A DNA stretch of 63,794 bases, filler included, from Choristocarpus tenellus KU-1152 (lineage: Eukaryota > Protista > Phaeophyceae), in assembly GCA_964200185.2 (NCBI GenBank). It is 8 parts of 8 records of this genome, joined end to end, with 100 filler letters (N's around TTAATTAATTAA, not from the genome) between each part and the next. Parts side by side here need not be neighbours in the genome. Positions count along the whole stretch, not along the records: positions 47,559 to 53,126 come from CAXNAD020010395.1; positions 53,227 to 60,001 come from CAXNAD020007375.1; positions 60,102 to 63,794 come from CAXNAD020018472.1; 5 more parts are not named here. One strand, written 5' to 3'. A program made the position numbers and the translations under genes. This document shows positions 51,421 through 63,794 of the stretch, piece after piece (within the stretch, counting starts at the first letter, position 1; each line of letters opens with the position of its first letter). The notes below the pieces were generated by a model. It worked only from the letters and a program-made list of their open reading frames with translations, was not told the origin of the DNA and did no database searches.

Positions 51421-52559
51421 CATGTCGTCGCTAGCGAATATGCACCCAACCAATATAACCAATCAAATCTCTTTGGTTACGAACCCCCAACACACATCAT
51501 TCCAACCTTACCTACATATGGGTTAAGCACTTTGTCTGGATTTGTACAGCACCGAATGCCACCATTGCTCTTCTCTGTTCTCCAAGTCCGTCCGGTACCG
51601 TCTGCATTTCTTCCTCCACCTCATTCGTTCACCCTCGAAAAGCAACACCAACAAAAATTATCTGTCAGAGAGGGGTTAATTCCATGGCCCAATCCTGCGG
51701 CAGACGTGTGCTACTTTCACCTTTTCCCCACAGGTCCATTCCCTTTGTTCCATATGTTCTACCCACTACGGCCCAAACCTGGAGGAGAGGCATCCAGAAA
51801 ACAAGGATATATCTTTGCTCTGCCTATTCAGCATACAATGTTTTGGAAGCCGGCACATCACAGCTCGACTCCATCATCCAAGATCTCGATTCCAAGTCCC
51901 GCACTGCCCAGCAAGGGGATGGGAAAAGAGGCCAGCGAGCTTCTCTTGATCAGAGACGAATACACAATAGACAACAATAGACGATTCGCCCATTTTGAGG
52001 TCCCATTCATTTGGGGATATTCTACAAACCAAAAACCGAAACTTAAAACGATAACCTCTCGGTTCAACACTTCAGAGTAGTCAAGTCAAACCGAACAAGA
52101 GAGCAAGATCCAAAAAGTTCTTGGAAATTTGAATTGTGTGGAAGGACGGGGAAGGCATGTCCCACAAATGTTTACCCGAGTAGAGGAAACGATTTGGTAA
52201 GAGGTAAAACACAAAAAAGCCACAAATCCTTATTGAGCGAGGCCGCCTCAACTGAGTGTATCCAGCATCCATCGAAACTCCTCTCTCCCCACCGCAAAGT
52301 CCGTGACTGATAAGTGACGTTCTTACCTTGGCGTTGAGAACTACTTCTCTGAACTCAGAAATTCTCTGGTGAATACTTAGTATTATCGTATTTATGTGGG
52401 TAGAGAGCAAACCACAAGTGTAGAAATCCCTGAGACAGGCAGAGAGCATACTCCAGTTGTGTTGTAGACTTGAAAGATCTTCCTTTCCTCTAAGAGATGT
52501 TCAAGTCACCAGGAGCATTAAATGCAGTTAGGTGGTCATGTGACGACCGACAAACAGAA

Positions 52560-52770
52560 ACAGCCCGAGCAGAAAAATTGATGCGAATCAAGTGGCATTT
52601 ATGGAGAGGGGATATAGATAATTCAATGGTAAAGTTAGATAAATTACTTAAATTAACAACAAAAAAAGGATCAAGATCGTATTCAAAAACTTAAGACATA
52701 TATAGAGATTAATACAGAGAAAATTGTTGATTACTCTCAAAGGGAGGCAGGTGGGCAAATGTCAGGAAGT
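52560..52770 (+). pseudogene. Fragment resembling the C-terminal region of a bacterial ISKra4-family transposase
   Basis: KLMRIKWHLWRGD, then after a frameshift in an A-run DRIQKLKTYIEINTEKIVDYSQREAGG; more AT-rich than its flanks. Confidence 0.6.
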
Positions 52771-53255
52771 TCGTCCGACTAATATAGTTGAAAAGATTAA
52801 GAAGAGAAATAGATCGTCTCACATGACACACAAATGGTTTGTAATGGCTCTTGGGTCGCTCGTGTTACTTGAGGGAGACTTTTTTTTCACTTCGTTTCGC
52901 TAGTAGACCAGAGATAAGAGGGCATGTTCTATTTACTTCATGTTACATCTTCAAGGGGAGATTTGTTGGCATGGGCAAATATTCATAGACTTGCACCGAG
53001 ACCCCCTACCCACCCACTAGACTGACTGATATTACATGTGTGACGTAGAAGTGGAAAAGAGTACAACTCCTTGTTCTTCTTTCTCCAGAAGTTCATTTAT
53101 TCACCTAAATCCATCACTTCTATCTCNNNNNNNNNNNNNNNNNNNNNNNNNNNNNNNNNNNNNNNNNNNNTTAATTAATTAANNNNNNNNNNNNNNNNNN
53201 NNNNNNNNNNNNNNNNNNNNNNNNNNGGGGAGTACCGGCGTCCGTTTTTGACCCT

Positions 53256-53431
53256 GGCTCGAAGTATCTAGAAGGGGTGGCGGCTGTCCGTTTGGGACCA
53301 ATTTTTTCATGTCGCGATTTTTGGGTGTGAATTGGTTCCATACGTTGGATGGATAATGAAAGTGCACTTTTTCTGGTTTTGGACCAAATGGACACCCTAG
53401 TGTAGACCCCCCCCCCCAGATACTTTGGGTC
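53256..53431 (+). mobile_element. MITE family B complete copy (~176 bp)
   Basis: GGCTCGAAGTATCT...CCCCAGATACTTTGGGTC. Confidence 0.9.
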
Positions 53432-54067
53432 TGAACTCTTACTAGTTTGTCTCATTGGCTGCATTGCTTTGTTGCTTTGAAATCAGAGGGATGTTTATAT
53501 TGCATTGTGCTGTTCCAGTTGAATACTGGGGTATTGACGAGCTCTTTTGGATCTTTCTTCTCAACAAGAAAAAACTGCCCAAGAGAAAACCTGGAATTAG
53601 CGCAGTGCATGTTCAAGTACAGGAAGTGTAAAGGACTGAGCCAATGGAACTATGCGAGCCCCATTGTTCTCTCAATAGAACACTATGTTGTTGTCCATCA
53701 CCACAACATAGCGGGGAGTTAGGATGGTAATTGAAGTATCTTTACCGAAGAAACGTCACTTTCTATCACAGAAGTGCAATGTATAGAGAACAGCTACTAT
53801 TTACAGCATTTCCAGGACATTTCTAGGGTTGGTACCAGGGGTAGTGTGCAACACACACCAAACTCCAAAATTGTAAACTACATCTACTTCATGTTCTTGC
53901 TTTTGTGAGCTAATTTCAAGGAAAAGAATAAACGAAGAGATTATGCATTTACGCTTCGACTTAATTATCAGAGTGTGTCAAGTATGAATGTTGTTCCATT
54001 CCACCATGACCCTACGAAAACTATGAAATAAACGTAGATTCAAGGATTTACTTCATGTCATACTCAC

Positions 54068-54166
54068 CTCGTCAATGCCCTCAAAGGTAAGCCCTGTCAT
54101 AAGGATATAATGTGGAAAAGCAATGCCACCAATACCCAGCATCACCGCAGCTGACATCAAAGGATA
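54068..54166 (-). CDS. Possible isolated exon encoding a hydrophobic segment of an unidentified gene
   Basis: TGCAG acceptor, GAG|GTGAGT donor, 99 nt open: YPLMSAAVMLGIGGIAFPHYILMTGLTFEGIDE. Confidence 0.35.
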
Positions 54167-55699
54167 CTGCAAGTGCATCACCGGCACGGCATGATGGTCA
54201 TATCCCCACTCCTGGCAGAGTGAACGGAGGATACGGGTGAAGATTGTTGTTCTATTGGGGGGGAGATTAGGGCATACTTATCAGATATTACTAGGGTGGT
54301 CTCCTATACGAAGGGGTTAGAGTATATTGCGACGGAAAGACTGTCCTTTGGCCGTCGGTATTACTTTCTCAGCAGGTGGTGGCATCCCTGAATCATGCTT
54401 TGCTCAACAGAACAGATAGTTTTTCGAAAAGTCAAACTGTAAAGGTGTAACGCGAAGTATTTGTGTACGTCGAAGAAGGTATATTCTGTCGCACATGTTA
54501 TGATTATGACTTGAGAGGTTGCAAGGCAATGGGGGAATCGTAATCAATGCAGGAGTTGCTTTGTACCTTCATCCAGCGGTCATGATCCAGGAGGCATACC
54601 GCTGTGTACGACGCAAGAAAAGAGCACAAATAGGATGAGAAAAATACTCTCAACTTCCAGGATGACTCGATAATGTCGCCGTCACTCTTCATAGTGGTTT
54701 AGACCCACACTCTTGACAACCTCTCAGGAAAACCCTCCTCCTCCCACCAGTGGGTGTGCAACGAGGGTTGACTGTGAGACTTGTTGTTCTTGCTCCTCTC
54801 CCAACCTTGTAGACAAGCAAATGCCTCTAGGGATCGCAAGGCAGCAGAGCTGGAAAGGCAAGAAGCAGCAAGCACATATGGCCCTGATTCTTCATTACTT
54901 ATCCTCCCTCTCCACCCTTCCTAATCCCCCCGAAGGGACACGGAGAAGCGAGGAAGGTTTCGTTCCGACACGATATGCTGGATTGAGGTGGAAGTTAAGA
55001 CGAGTAGGCAAGAATGATATAAATTGAAACATCCACAATCTGTCTCAACAACCACAATTTCCATACCATGGTTATCGTTGTAGGATGTAGTATCTTACCG
55101 CAAGTATGGTTCGAACACTCCCTTGCATCTGGTGGACAATTCATAATAGAGTGCTGTCCTCGTCGACTTACCGGGGAGACGGCTACACCTCCAGGTGTTC
55201 AAGGGCTTGGACACAATTCGATAGTCAAGACCCCGAAAAGCTCTAGAAACCCATCTATGTGTGCGATTGTTCTCTCCAGGGATACCGAGGGCGATCTTCT
55301 GCCTGTAAGAACCTGTACCTGGCGTGCTCATTGTACGTTTTTCTACGGATGAACTCTTGTGTGACATTGATCTTGGTTTTAAAGATAACAGTGAACTCGT
55401 AAAGATACATTAACAGTGGGTTTAATGTATACTACTGTTATGTACTTTTATTATTATGCCCTCTCATATATTGTAGATGTGTCATTGCCAAAACCAATGA
55501 AAACTATTCGCATGTCAGAAAAATGTATCATAGTCCAACATGGTTATCATTTCTACTCTCAAGAATTTAGAAAAAGTAGTTACATTGCAGAAAGTTGGTT
55601 TGTTGGTGTTCATGCCCTTATTGTCGAATACTATATGCCATTATACCGATTGAGTTCATCGTCACGAATCCCTGATTCTAGTAGAGAAACTGTTGAATA

Positions 55700-56760
55700 A
55701 TCCTGGAATCGGCATGCCAGATCCCTCCCATAAGGAAGAAGGACGCATTTTTCAACAGGTCCCTAGTGGCTGGGTGCAGGAGGCAAAATGTCCACACTTG
55801 ACATACTCGTACATGCCCTAGGGCAGGGGGACGGGTACGCCAGAACACACTAATGGCTAAGTGTCTAGACCAACTCTGCAACGAAATGGGCATCCCTCGC
55901 GTTATGGAGAACGGTAGCCTATTCACTGTGGACCGGAATTTCCGCATGGATGTGGTCTTCCTTGTTGAGGTAGTTGAGGACGCTGGATCAGCTCCCTGCA
56001 CGGACAAAGACCTCCTACTGGATGTTGCATTTAGAGAATTGCAAGCAGCCTCCCACCTGCCGCACTCATCCACTAGTAATGGTGTAGCTGCTGCTACAGC
56101 TGAGGTGCGAAAGCGCATCCACTACGAAGGTTCTGTTAAAATATTCCACGCTGGACCCGTGTCTTTGGTGCTTTGATCAAGGACAATGAATAGCTTGATG
56201 TAGATATGCAATATTAATATTGCAAGGGGCTTGTGGTCTCAATTCCGTTGACTGAATTGGTGGGGTGAGACAAGCCTAGACTATCATTATTATTCCTATA
56301 GTGTGGGGTTTGCAATCGTCCCACACCAATTTACTATGAATCACTTAATTTGTCTTCAGTATAGCAAGTGTATCTTGAACATGACATAAATCAATGGACA
56401 GTAGTAGTGTGATCCAATATATATGGTATATCTATCACTGGCTCTCCATCCTATTATCTAATCCACCGGTGGTGTCTATAGTGTATCAGCAGCATACGAA
56501 CAGGTTCTTTAGACCCTCGAAGTTTTAACCTCATCACCTTCACGGTGGAAGGTTTTAGGCGGCTCGGTAAGCAAGGAGGAAGTTTTCTGGATGAGTTAGC
56601 TACACATGCAGCAGGGGGGAGAGGGGTGGGAGGTTATAGCAGGAAAGGGACTGTCAAATCCCGTTTTTGACAGATGGTGTCTGTCACTGTACAGTCGGCT
56701 ATCTCAAGATGCGCCATACGTTTTAAGCTGGAGACACCAGGTAGATGGGAAAGGAGGGGC
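55700..56760 (+). mobile_element. CRE-like non-LTR 3' fragment interrupted by a solo LTR
   Basis: DRNFRMDVV...LLLDV...AEVRKRIHYEGS then, after the LTR, DPRSFNLITFTVEGF; homologous to 5263-5560 and 6900-7243. Confidence 0.85.
56134..56502. mobile_element. Solo LTR (369 bp)
   Basis: TGTT...AACA termini and perfect 5-bp TSD GGTTC (56129-56133, 56503-56507). Confidence 0.88.
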
Positions 56761-59700
56761 CTGTCAGATTCTTGGGATGCTTTCCTAGTTTCTCGCCCTG
56801 TGGTGTAGGGCTAAGCTAGGTTGGAGGTATAGCAGCAGTGTACACATCACATTGCAATTACAAGCTTTTAAGGGAGTGGTTTAGTACAACTGGTACTCAA
56901 ATAGTATATTGATTTTGAAGAGATATCTTCCACATTTACGACAACTGCTACTTTTAGAGGGGTCCGTATGATATTGAGTTGTCTTTTTCCTGGACACATC
57001 TGAAAAATGTGAGAGTGTGAGAGCCATCTTCCAACTAAGTTATACCTTTAAGGTGATCTACCTTGAAGATCTGTTGTTCATATGACATCTGCTTTTACAT
57101 ATATATAACGTGTTGAAGTGAACATCGGCCTTGAAGTAAATAGAGGGTGGTCTGAGGGGACCTTGCAACTCCCCTCATTCAATTTTTGCTTGTTCACTCT
57201 TTCCTGAGTGATCTTCTGAGGGATTGCTCTCCCTCCTGCCTTGTCTCTTTCCATTTTCTTGCCTCCTGTGGGTCTTCCCACTCTTCAGTCTGAAGAACCT
57301 GTCGACCTGTTTCACAAGAGGGTATAATAATATGTAAGTTGAAGGACCATGTTCCGATATTGAATCAGATACACACACACACACACACACACATTGAGTT
57401 CTACACAGGTTAAGGAACTTACCTTCGTCTATTATTTGCGTTGTCATATGGTGGGTCCATACCGCTGGATGTTTGGGAATTGTGTAGAGTTCTTGCATAA
57501 TAATGCTAATGGAAGGCGTGCATTCTGGGTGATTGATTCCTATAGGGAATCACATCTTTTTTTTTCGCGAGAAATCGCACGAGAGTTGAAATGAGTACAG
57601 GATATTGTCAGAGATCACAAATCATGGTGTGTAACTTACTTGGAGGCTGAAGTAGGGTCGACAAAACTGAATCGAAGGGGTCAGCAATTAACACTCGTGA
57701 GTCAATCTATTAGGTGTTGCTAGCTTGGCTGGGATCTTTCCTTGACATTAATTTTGCAGTGCAAAAATGCTCCTATGATTGCAAGAGATCAAACATGAAA
57801 TAGTATAAAGATATCCGCAGTAGACGGGGTTGAGGACTGTAAGGCGCTGGGTCCCCTCAAGTATACCGTACTACAAATTTTTCTGCCCCCTTATGTTCTT
57901 TCTGTCTTCCCACTTCCCGCTTTGTTATTCTCTACTGAAGCCTGACAGCTGCTTTGAGCATTTGTGACCGTTATAGTATTGCAGTCTACTCTCACCAGTC
58001 GACAACTTTCAGATATAGGTGCTCTCGATGCATACAGTGCAGGGTTTAATAGCCTCTTTCTTAGCTTGATTCTTACACTTGCGGTCACTAGTCAAGTTGA
58101 TTCTTAGTATATACCTGACGCATGAAGACTGTAATCCATGGTTACCGATGTACGTTTGTCCCTCATACTACCTCTGACATCGTGGTGTTGGCTGCCAACA
58201 GACGCCAGCAGTGAGGAAGGTTGACACAACCAGAAAAGCTGACCATGAATGGTCATCCATCAGAAACTGAAGCTTCTCCAGACCAGATAGCAGCAAAAGA
58301 AAAAAGTGAGGGACGTCGTGAATTGTCCTCCTTTGCGAGCCCTTGATTATGCTCGTGCTGGGGCAGCCCACCGAACCCTTCGCTGCTGCAGAGTGCCGTG
58401 ACAGTAGTATCGTTAGCTGGTGTTCACACTCTTAGGTCCCAAAAAATCTAGTCTCTTAGGTCCAATGTCCTTTGTTGGGCAATCAATCTGTGCCACAATG
58501 AATTAAGAATTTTGAGACTTTCCGCTCGAGGAGCAACCTCTTTCTTCCCTCAACTACCACACCAAAAGAACCATACGAAGAGAATTCTCAACGAGGAAGT
58601 ACTAGTATTGCTGGACAGATGAAGACTAGGCGGGAGCCATTTGACAGTTCCCTTAGACAGTCAACTTATCCGTGTCGAGTCTGTGAGTGGATAGGTGTTT
58701 GTACCCGGAAATGTGCATTCAATCTTGGTAGATGGTGACAAGCATTCAGAAAAAAGTTCCCGAGAAATGCTGAAAACATCTGAACCTTTCACCTCCCATC
58801 GTCCTTACTCCCCTCTACACCGGACCCTCCCCTACTTTGCAGTACACAAACTACAAACGCTGGTTGCAGTCCTTTGTGACCATCCTGAACTCCACCGCAC
58901 AGTTAATTTTCAGGGTACTGTCATTGTACCATTAGCGTGCCCCCTACCAACAGTTCATGGTTTCCTTCAGACACAACAGCAACCAGCACCCCCCTCTCCA
59001 GTCAGAGCAACATGCGCCCTGAATGTAACGCAGAACATGGCATCCTCCTGCAGGTCCTCAAGCCAAGGGTGGCAGGTTTGTGCCACTGTTACCTACATCG
59101 TGAAATCCGATTTTTTTTATGTGCTTGATAGAAACTTTTCATTTTTTTTGGGCTCTCTCCGCTTTATGTCCCGCCACTCGACTCCTCCTTCCCTCCCTCC
59201 CCACCCCTACCCTACTCAATCGACCCTTACCGCTTTCTTAATCTCTGATCTCAGTTTAGGGTCTGATCTCTCATCGCTTTGTCCAAACGCCCCTCTTCCG
59301 TCACACAACATATATATATATATTTATCTCCTACATAACTACTCTACATCAGCTGCTGAGCTATGCTGCAATGGTACTCAAGGGGGGAATCTCCTACTAG
59401 CCTCCTTTTCCCCCAGCCCCAACCTATCACCATTGACCCTCCAGTGTATTATTTTATTATTTTGTACAGAGCATCAATCATCGCCCTCATCCTAATATAT
59501 TTCTATTTTTTTCCCCTCTCACCCACCACTCCCACCGCACCCCATCCGATTTCTGTCCCATCTGTTGTATCCAAAACACCATCCTTCCTCTTGCACCCAG
59601 CCCCCTGAATCGACCTATTTCACTGATTTGGGCAGTAACAACATCTCCTCTGCCAGCCGTCCCCATAGTGTTGGCCATCTCTCACACATTGGTGTGCCGG

Positions 59701-60102
59701 AGCCTCCGGCGTCCCCCCCTAGCAATGCTCGAGATTTGTCAGCAAGAGGAGGCAAGGGGACGCATACTGGGGGTAGTAGGGACGGGGCTTCTGGGGCCGG
59801 GTCCTGGGCCACGAACGACTCTGGGGCATGTGCCAGGGCAGGTGATACAGGCGTTGCTCGGGCGAATGGTGAACGTGCCAAGGGTGCGTCGGAGCCCTGT
59901 GGACCGCGGCCGACCAATCCAGCGGAAGATACGGCCATGCCTTTGGTGGAGAACGGAACAGTGGGATCCGCTAGGTCTGAGGGAGATGTGGTCAGAGATC
60001 GNNNNNNNNNNNNNNNNNNNNNNNNNNNNNNNNNNNNNNNNNNNNTTAATTAATTAANNNNNNNNNNNNNNNNNNNNNNNNNNNNNNNNNNNNNNNNNNN
60101 NA

Positions 60103-60373
60103 GAGTCAAAGTATCTTAGAGGGTAGAGCCGGGTCCATTTGGGGGCCAAAATCCAATGTTGCGATTTTGATCTAATTTTGGCTATCGTGTTAGGAAGTGT
60201 CAATATCCATGTTCGGGACACCTTTTCATAACATATATTATATATATATATATATTTTACCTACTACTCCAAAACATTTTGGAGTAGGAAAATGTCATTA
60301 AAAAACCCATGGGATGCCAAGTCCCAAATGGACAAACAGGGCAAAACTCGTACCCTATGAGATACTTTCACTC
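60103..60373 (+). mobile_element. MITE family A copy at contig start
   Basis: GAGTCAAAGTATCTTAGAGGGTA...GATACTTTCACTC. Confidence 0.92.
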
Positions 60374-63300
60374 TTGGGATAAAGCAACGCGAACATGCAG
60401 CTGCAAGAACGACAGTTTTGAAAAAGGGGTCAATCGAACCACCTGGAATGTTCGCAAGCGAGGGCAGTGATTGGTGGTATGTGACAGGTCGGTACGTTAC
60501 GAGCCCATTCCATTAGATGATGCAATTGGGCGTTCATGAAACTGCGCAAGCTGGATAATCTTCCTCTGCCACTCTTGGATAATTTATCTCTTCAGTTAGG
60601 GCAATGACGGAAAGGGAAGATAAGATATCGGAGTGGTGGTGAAGCGATTGTTTCCATGCGGGGAAGACTGTAGCCAGGTTTAGCATCAACCTACTGCGGA
60701 ACGTTAAGATCCCCCTAAAAGGTAGTTTGAGTACGACCGCATTCATTGGGGGATAAGCTCCAACCGAGCCGAGAATAAATGCCCCCCAAAAAAAAACAAC
60801 GGGGAGAAGGAAAAGTTATTGGTGAGTCTATAAGGAGTGCCAGAACAGGCGCAATAAAACAATAAACTGCTCCCTGTTTGTCTTCATGGACACAAACGTG
60901 CGCACTGGAAGGAGATGTGAAAGGGGGATGGGCAGCAATAACATGGTCCTTGGGGAGTACGGATGTGATTACGTGAAGGATGGTGGGGTAATTTGCTTGG
61001 ATGCACAAACTTGCACTCATCGACAAATTTTCAGCACGCCTAAAACGCAAAGTCCCCTCACCTATATACAAGTCCTAAATGAGAGAGACATTGCCTCAAC
61101 TACATTCTCATACGCCGAGCCGACAATGCCTTGTTTGGAACATGATCGAACATAGTGTCCTGGAAGGGGAATTGAACCATCAAATCGTATTGGTGTCAGT
61201 CAGACTCAGTGTCAAATTTGTACCCAATCGGAAGGGGACCCCAAGAGATTCGTACTGTTTGATTAAAACTCTTACATCCAATTGACCGCTCTGTCGAATG
61301 CCATGACTAAGAAATTCCTTCGCTTTCAAGCAGTAATGAGTAAGGACATTGGCATAATTGCATCCATGAACACTGCTTGACTGCTAGAGCCAGTAGCGGA
61401 ACTGCCACTGCCCCCAATACAGAAGACTTGTCCCTCAAGGGTAGTGTACCAGCACTGAGGTTTGAGTGATGATTCTGGAGGCTTGGTAGACCAGGGAGAA
61501 ATCTCGGTTGTAAATATGCGTCAAACTGCATAACAATATTATCAAGAAGGTATTGGAGGTGACTGATGAAGTGGTGAAGTGGATGAAATCCTCTGCTGCT
61601 GTACAGGACTTTTTCGTTGCATACACCACAGATAAGTAAAACACATTCAACAATGCGATAATGATTTTTTATGACGACCCGAAAAGCTTCCATGTGGACG
61701 GGAGCAAAAAGAGCAGCTCTCTATTCCTTCAAGACGAAACAGATAGGTTGCTGAGAGAAAGATAATCAGGGTCCTATCCTGGAGTGTTGATTTAGATACA
61801 CTTCCAGGCTTTGCAAATTGTCAAATAGGCCAAGCTTGACCCCACTACTACCAACTCGCCAGAACCGTTATCCCCTTCAATTCACTTGCTAACGCGCAAA
61901 TGACAGAAGAATTGAAGATTTTATCTGCAGAATGACATGTGCTGAGACAAACATGCTGCAACAATCCTGTTGAGTTAGTGACCTTGCATAATCAGGACGA
62001 GGTACTGTAGGCCTCTCACAGAGAGAGGGAGAGAGCTGTGTGTGGATAACAGGGGGGGGAGAGGAGGGCTAGCCAGCTAGTAGCCACTATACTCCAGCAG
62101 CATCAGGAGGAAAGGGCAGGGGAAAGCTGTGCCAGGGTTGCAGGGGTGGACCTTGCTGACGGAGGCAATGCTCCCTGTGCAGAAGCATATGGCCTAGCCA
62201 AATGTACAAGTATAACTGTGACGTCTGTGTAACTTTTTGAAATTCAAAGTGGCTAAGAGGGATTGCTGGACTAATAAAGGCATCAAAGACCAGGACCCTG
62301 CCAGACAACATGATATCGAGTGTGTCACCCTCTGAGTCGACAATCCCTTCAATGCTATTTTGTAAAAGGGTTGGATTACTGGCAAATGGAAGGGGGGGAT
62401 GTTTGATTATAGTTGCATTATTCCACTGTTCATATCTAGTGATAGGTACTAATCCCTCAATGAAGCTCACGTAAAGAAAGAGAGAGTGGGCAATTGGGAA
62501 GCCAATAGTATAATGTGTTATTTATACCTTTTTGCAAAGCAGAGTGAAGGTTATAAGTCTCAAAACCCACAACTTTTGAGGGCAAGAAGGAGCATTATTC
62601 CTGTTTTATGCATGCACATTCTAGACTTGAAACTCTACAAGTCCTAAGAAAAATTGTTTCTCTGCAGGTGTAGTTAGCTGGAAAGTTTTCTCCGCGATCA
62701 TGTGGCATGGGTGAGCTGGGGGGGAGGATGTTGAAAACTTACATGGTATAAGCTCATTGCTAAGCTCAACATTAGGAATTGATTTGGCAGATACTAAATC
62801 AGCATTCTGCTTGTTGGCCGTTCTCCATACAACAATGAGACATTCTCTCAGCAATACATTGATGCTTGACTCCTTGGATGCACCGCTATCTGCACCTGGC
62901 TCAATATACTACTATGCATAACATGATACAACATACTACTCTTATGATAGCATTACTCGAAGTTTTATTCTTGTATCACCAATTGCTACATAACCAGAAA
63001 ATAAATACTGTGAAAGTCTCCCTTTGCTGTAAAGTAACCAAAGCAAATAAGCAAATGTGATACTTCTACAAATTTATCACAAGTTCCACATGTTTGAAAA
63101 TTTTAACCAGCACATCTGTTCTTTGATTTTGAGTACTACTGACAACAACACAAATCTTATTTCTCTTCAATGAAATCCTAAATAAATAGTGCCTAACATT
63201 AATGTGCTTGGTTCAGGTTGAGCTGGTGGTTGTGCAATGCGTTAAAGTATCTCCCAAATCATCAAAGAGGATAAGGGTGATAAACCCGGTGAGATTGCTT

Positions 63301-63769
63301 GGTATCTGTAGACTGATTGATTAAAGTTAAGTGGGGCATGCAGCACCCCATAAAACCAGAAATATTTCCTTTTATATGAGAGCTTTTCTCATACAACTAA
63401 TCACTAGTATAAGGTTCTGATAACTCAACCACTAATTTGATTGTTCCTTTACTTGGTACATATTTTACCGTAGCTGTCCGATAGAGTTGGAAGAGTCTAA
63501 TCGAACACCTTCCCTAGCTCAAATAACTCTTGAGAACTTAAAATAAAACAACTATGGATCCTAGAAGACTCCTCAGGTCAATCCTGCATGAAAAGAAAAC
63601 AACCAGCTATTGAACTCACTGAAAAGAAATAAATCCAAAAACATTCAAATCCAGCAAGAAACAAACCAATAAATATAGTCTAAAATTAGCAAAGCCCCTG
63701 CATGCCTCCAAGAAGATATTTCTGCTGAAGGTTTGGTCAAGACATCTGCCTGCTGCTCATCTGAAGTAA

Positions 63770-63794
63770 GGATCAAAGTATCTGGGAGGGGGGG
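63770..63794 (+). mobile_element. MITE family B terminus at window end
   Basis: GGATCAAAGTATCTGGGAGGGGGGG. Confidence 0.65.

Noticed and set aside
58695-60001. Long ORFs (266 aa, 162 aa)
   Set aside because: Low complexity, partly microsatellite, no recognisable domain.
1404-60373. CRISPR-like array or tRNA/rRNA genes
   Set aside because: Repeats are dispersed and TIR-bounded, not regularly spaced; no tRNA or rRNA signature was recognised by eye.

Overview
Eukaryotic, intron-rich, repeat-rich genomic DNA of about 43% GC by eye. A flagellar EFHB-like gene and the intron style suggest a flagellate-stage protist or alga such as an ochrophyte; this is inference only. The window is not contiguous: seven N-TTAATTAATTAA-N linkers join eight contigs, so adjacency across linkers means nothing. 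Spliced host genes rebuilt by hand: a partial coiled-coil protein, the 5' part of a USP5/UBP14-type deubiquitinase, a putative RNA-binding protein (LOTUS-like + RRM + CCCH), a complete UCH-L3-like gene (8 exons), a complete four-finger C2H2 protein with two HGxxCGH...HxxHxD His-rich repeats and a GC-AG intron, and the 5' part of EFHB/CFAP21. Mobile DNA: a decayed Copia element with both LTRs and a 5-bp TSD, inserted into a probable DNA-transposase ORF that rejoins in frame when the Copia is removed; CRE-like non-LTR fragments; a solo LTR; at least four MITE families sharing an AAGTA terminal motif and 4-bp TSDs (Sola-like); and a short fragment resembling bacterial ISKra4 transposases. All family assignments come from motif recognition without database searches.
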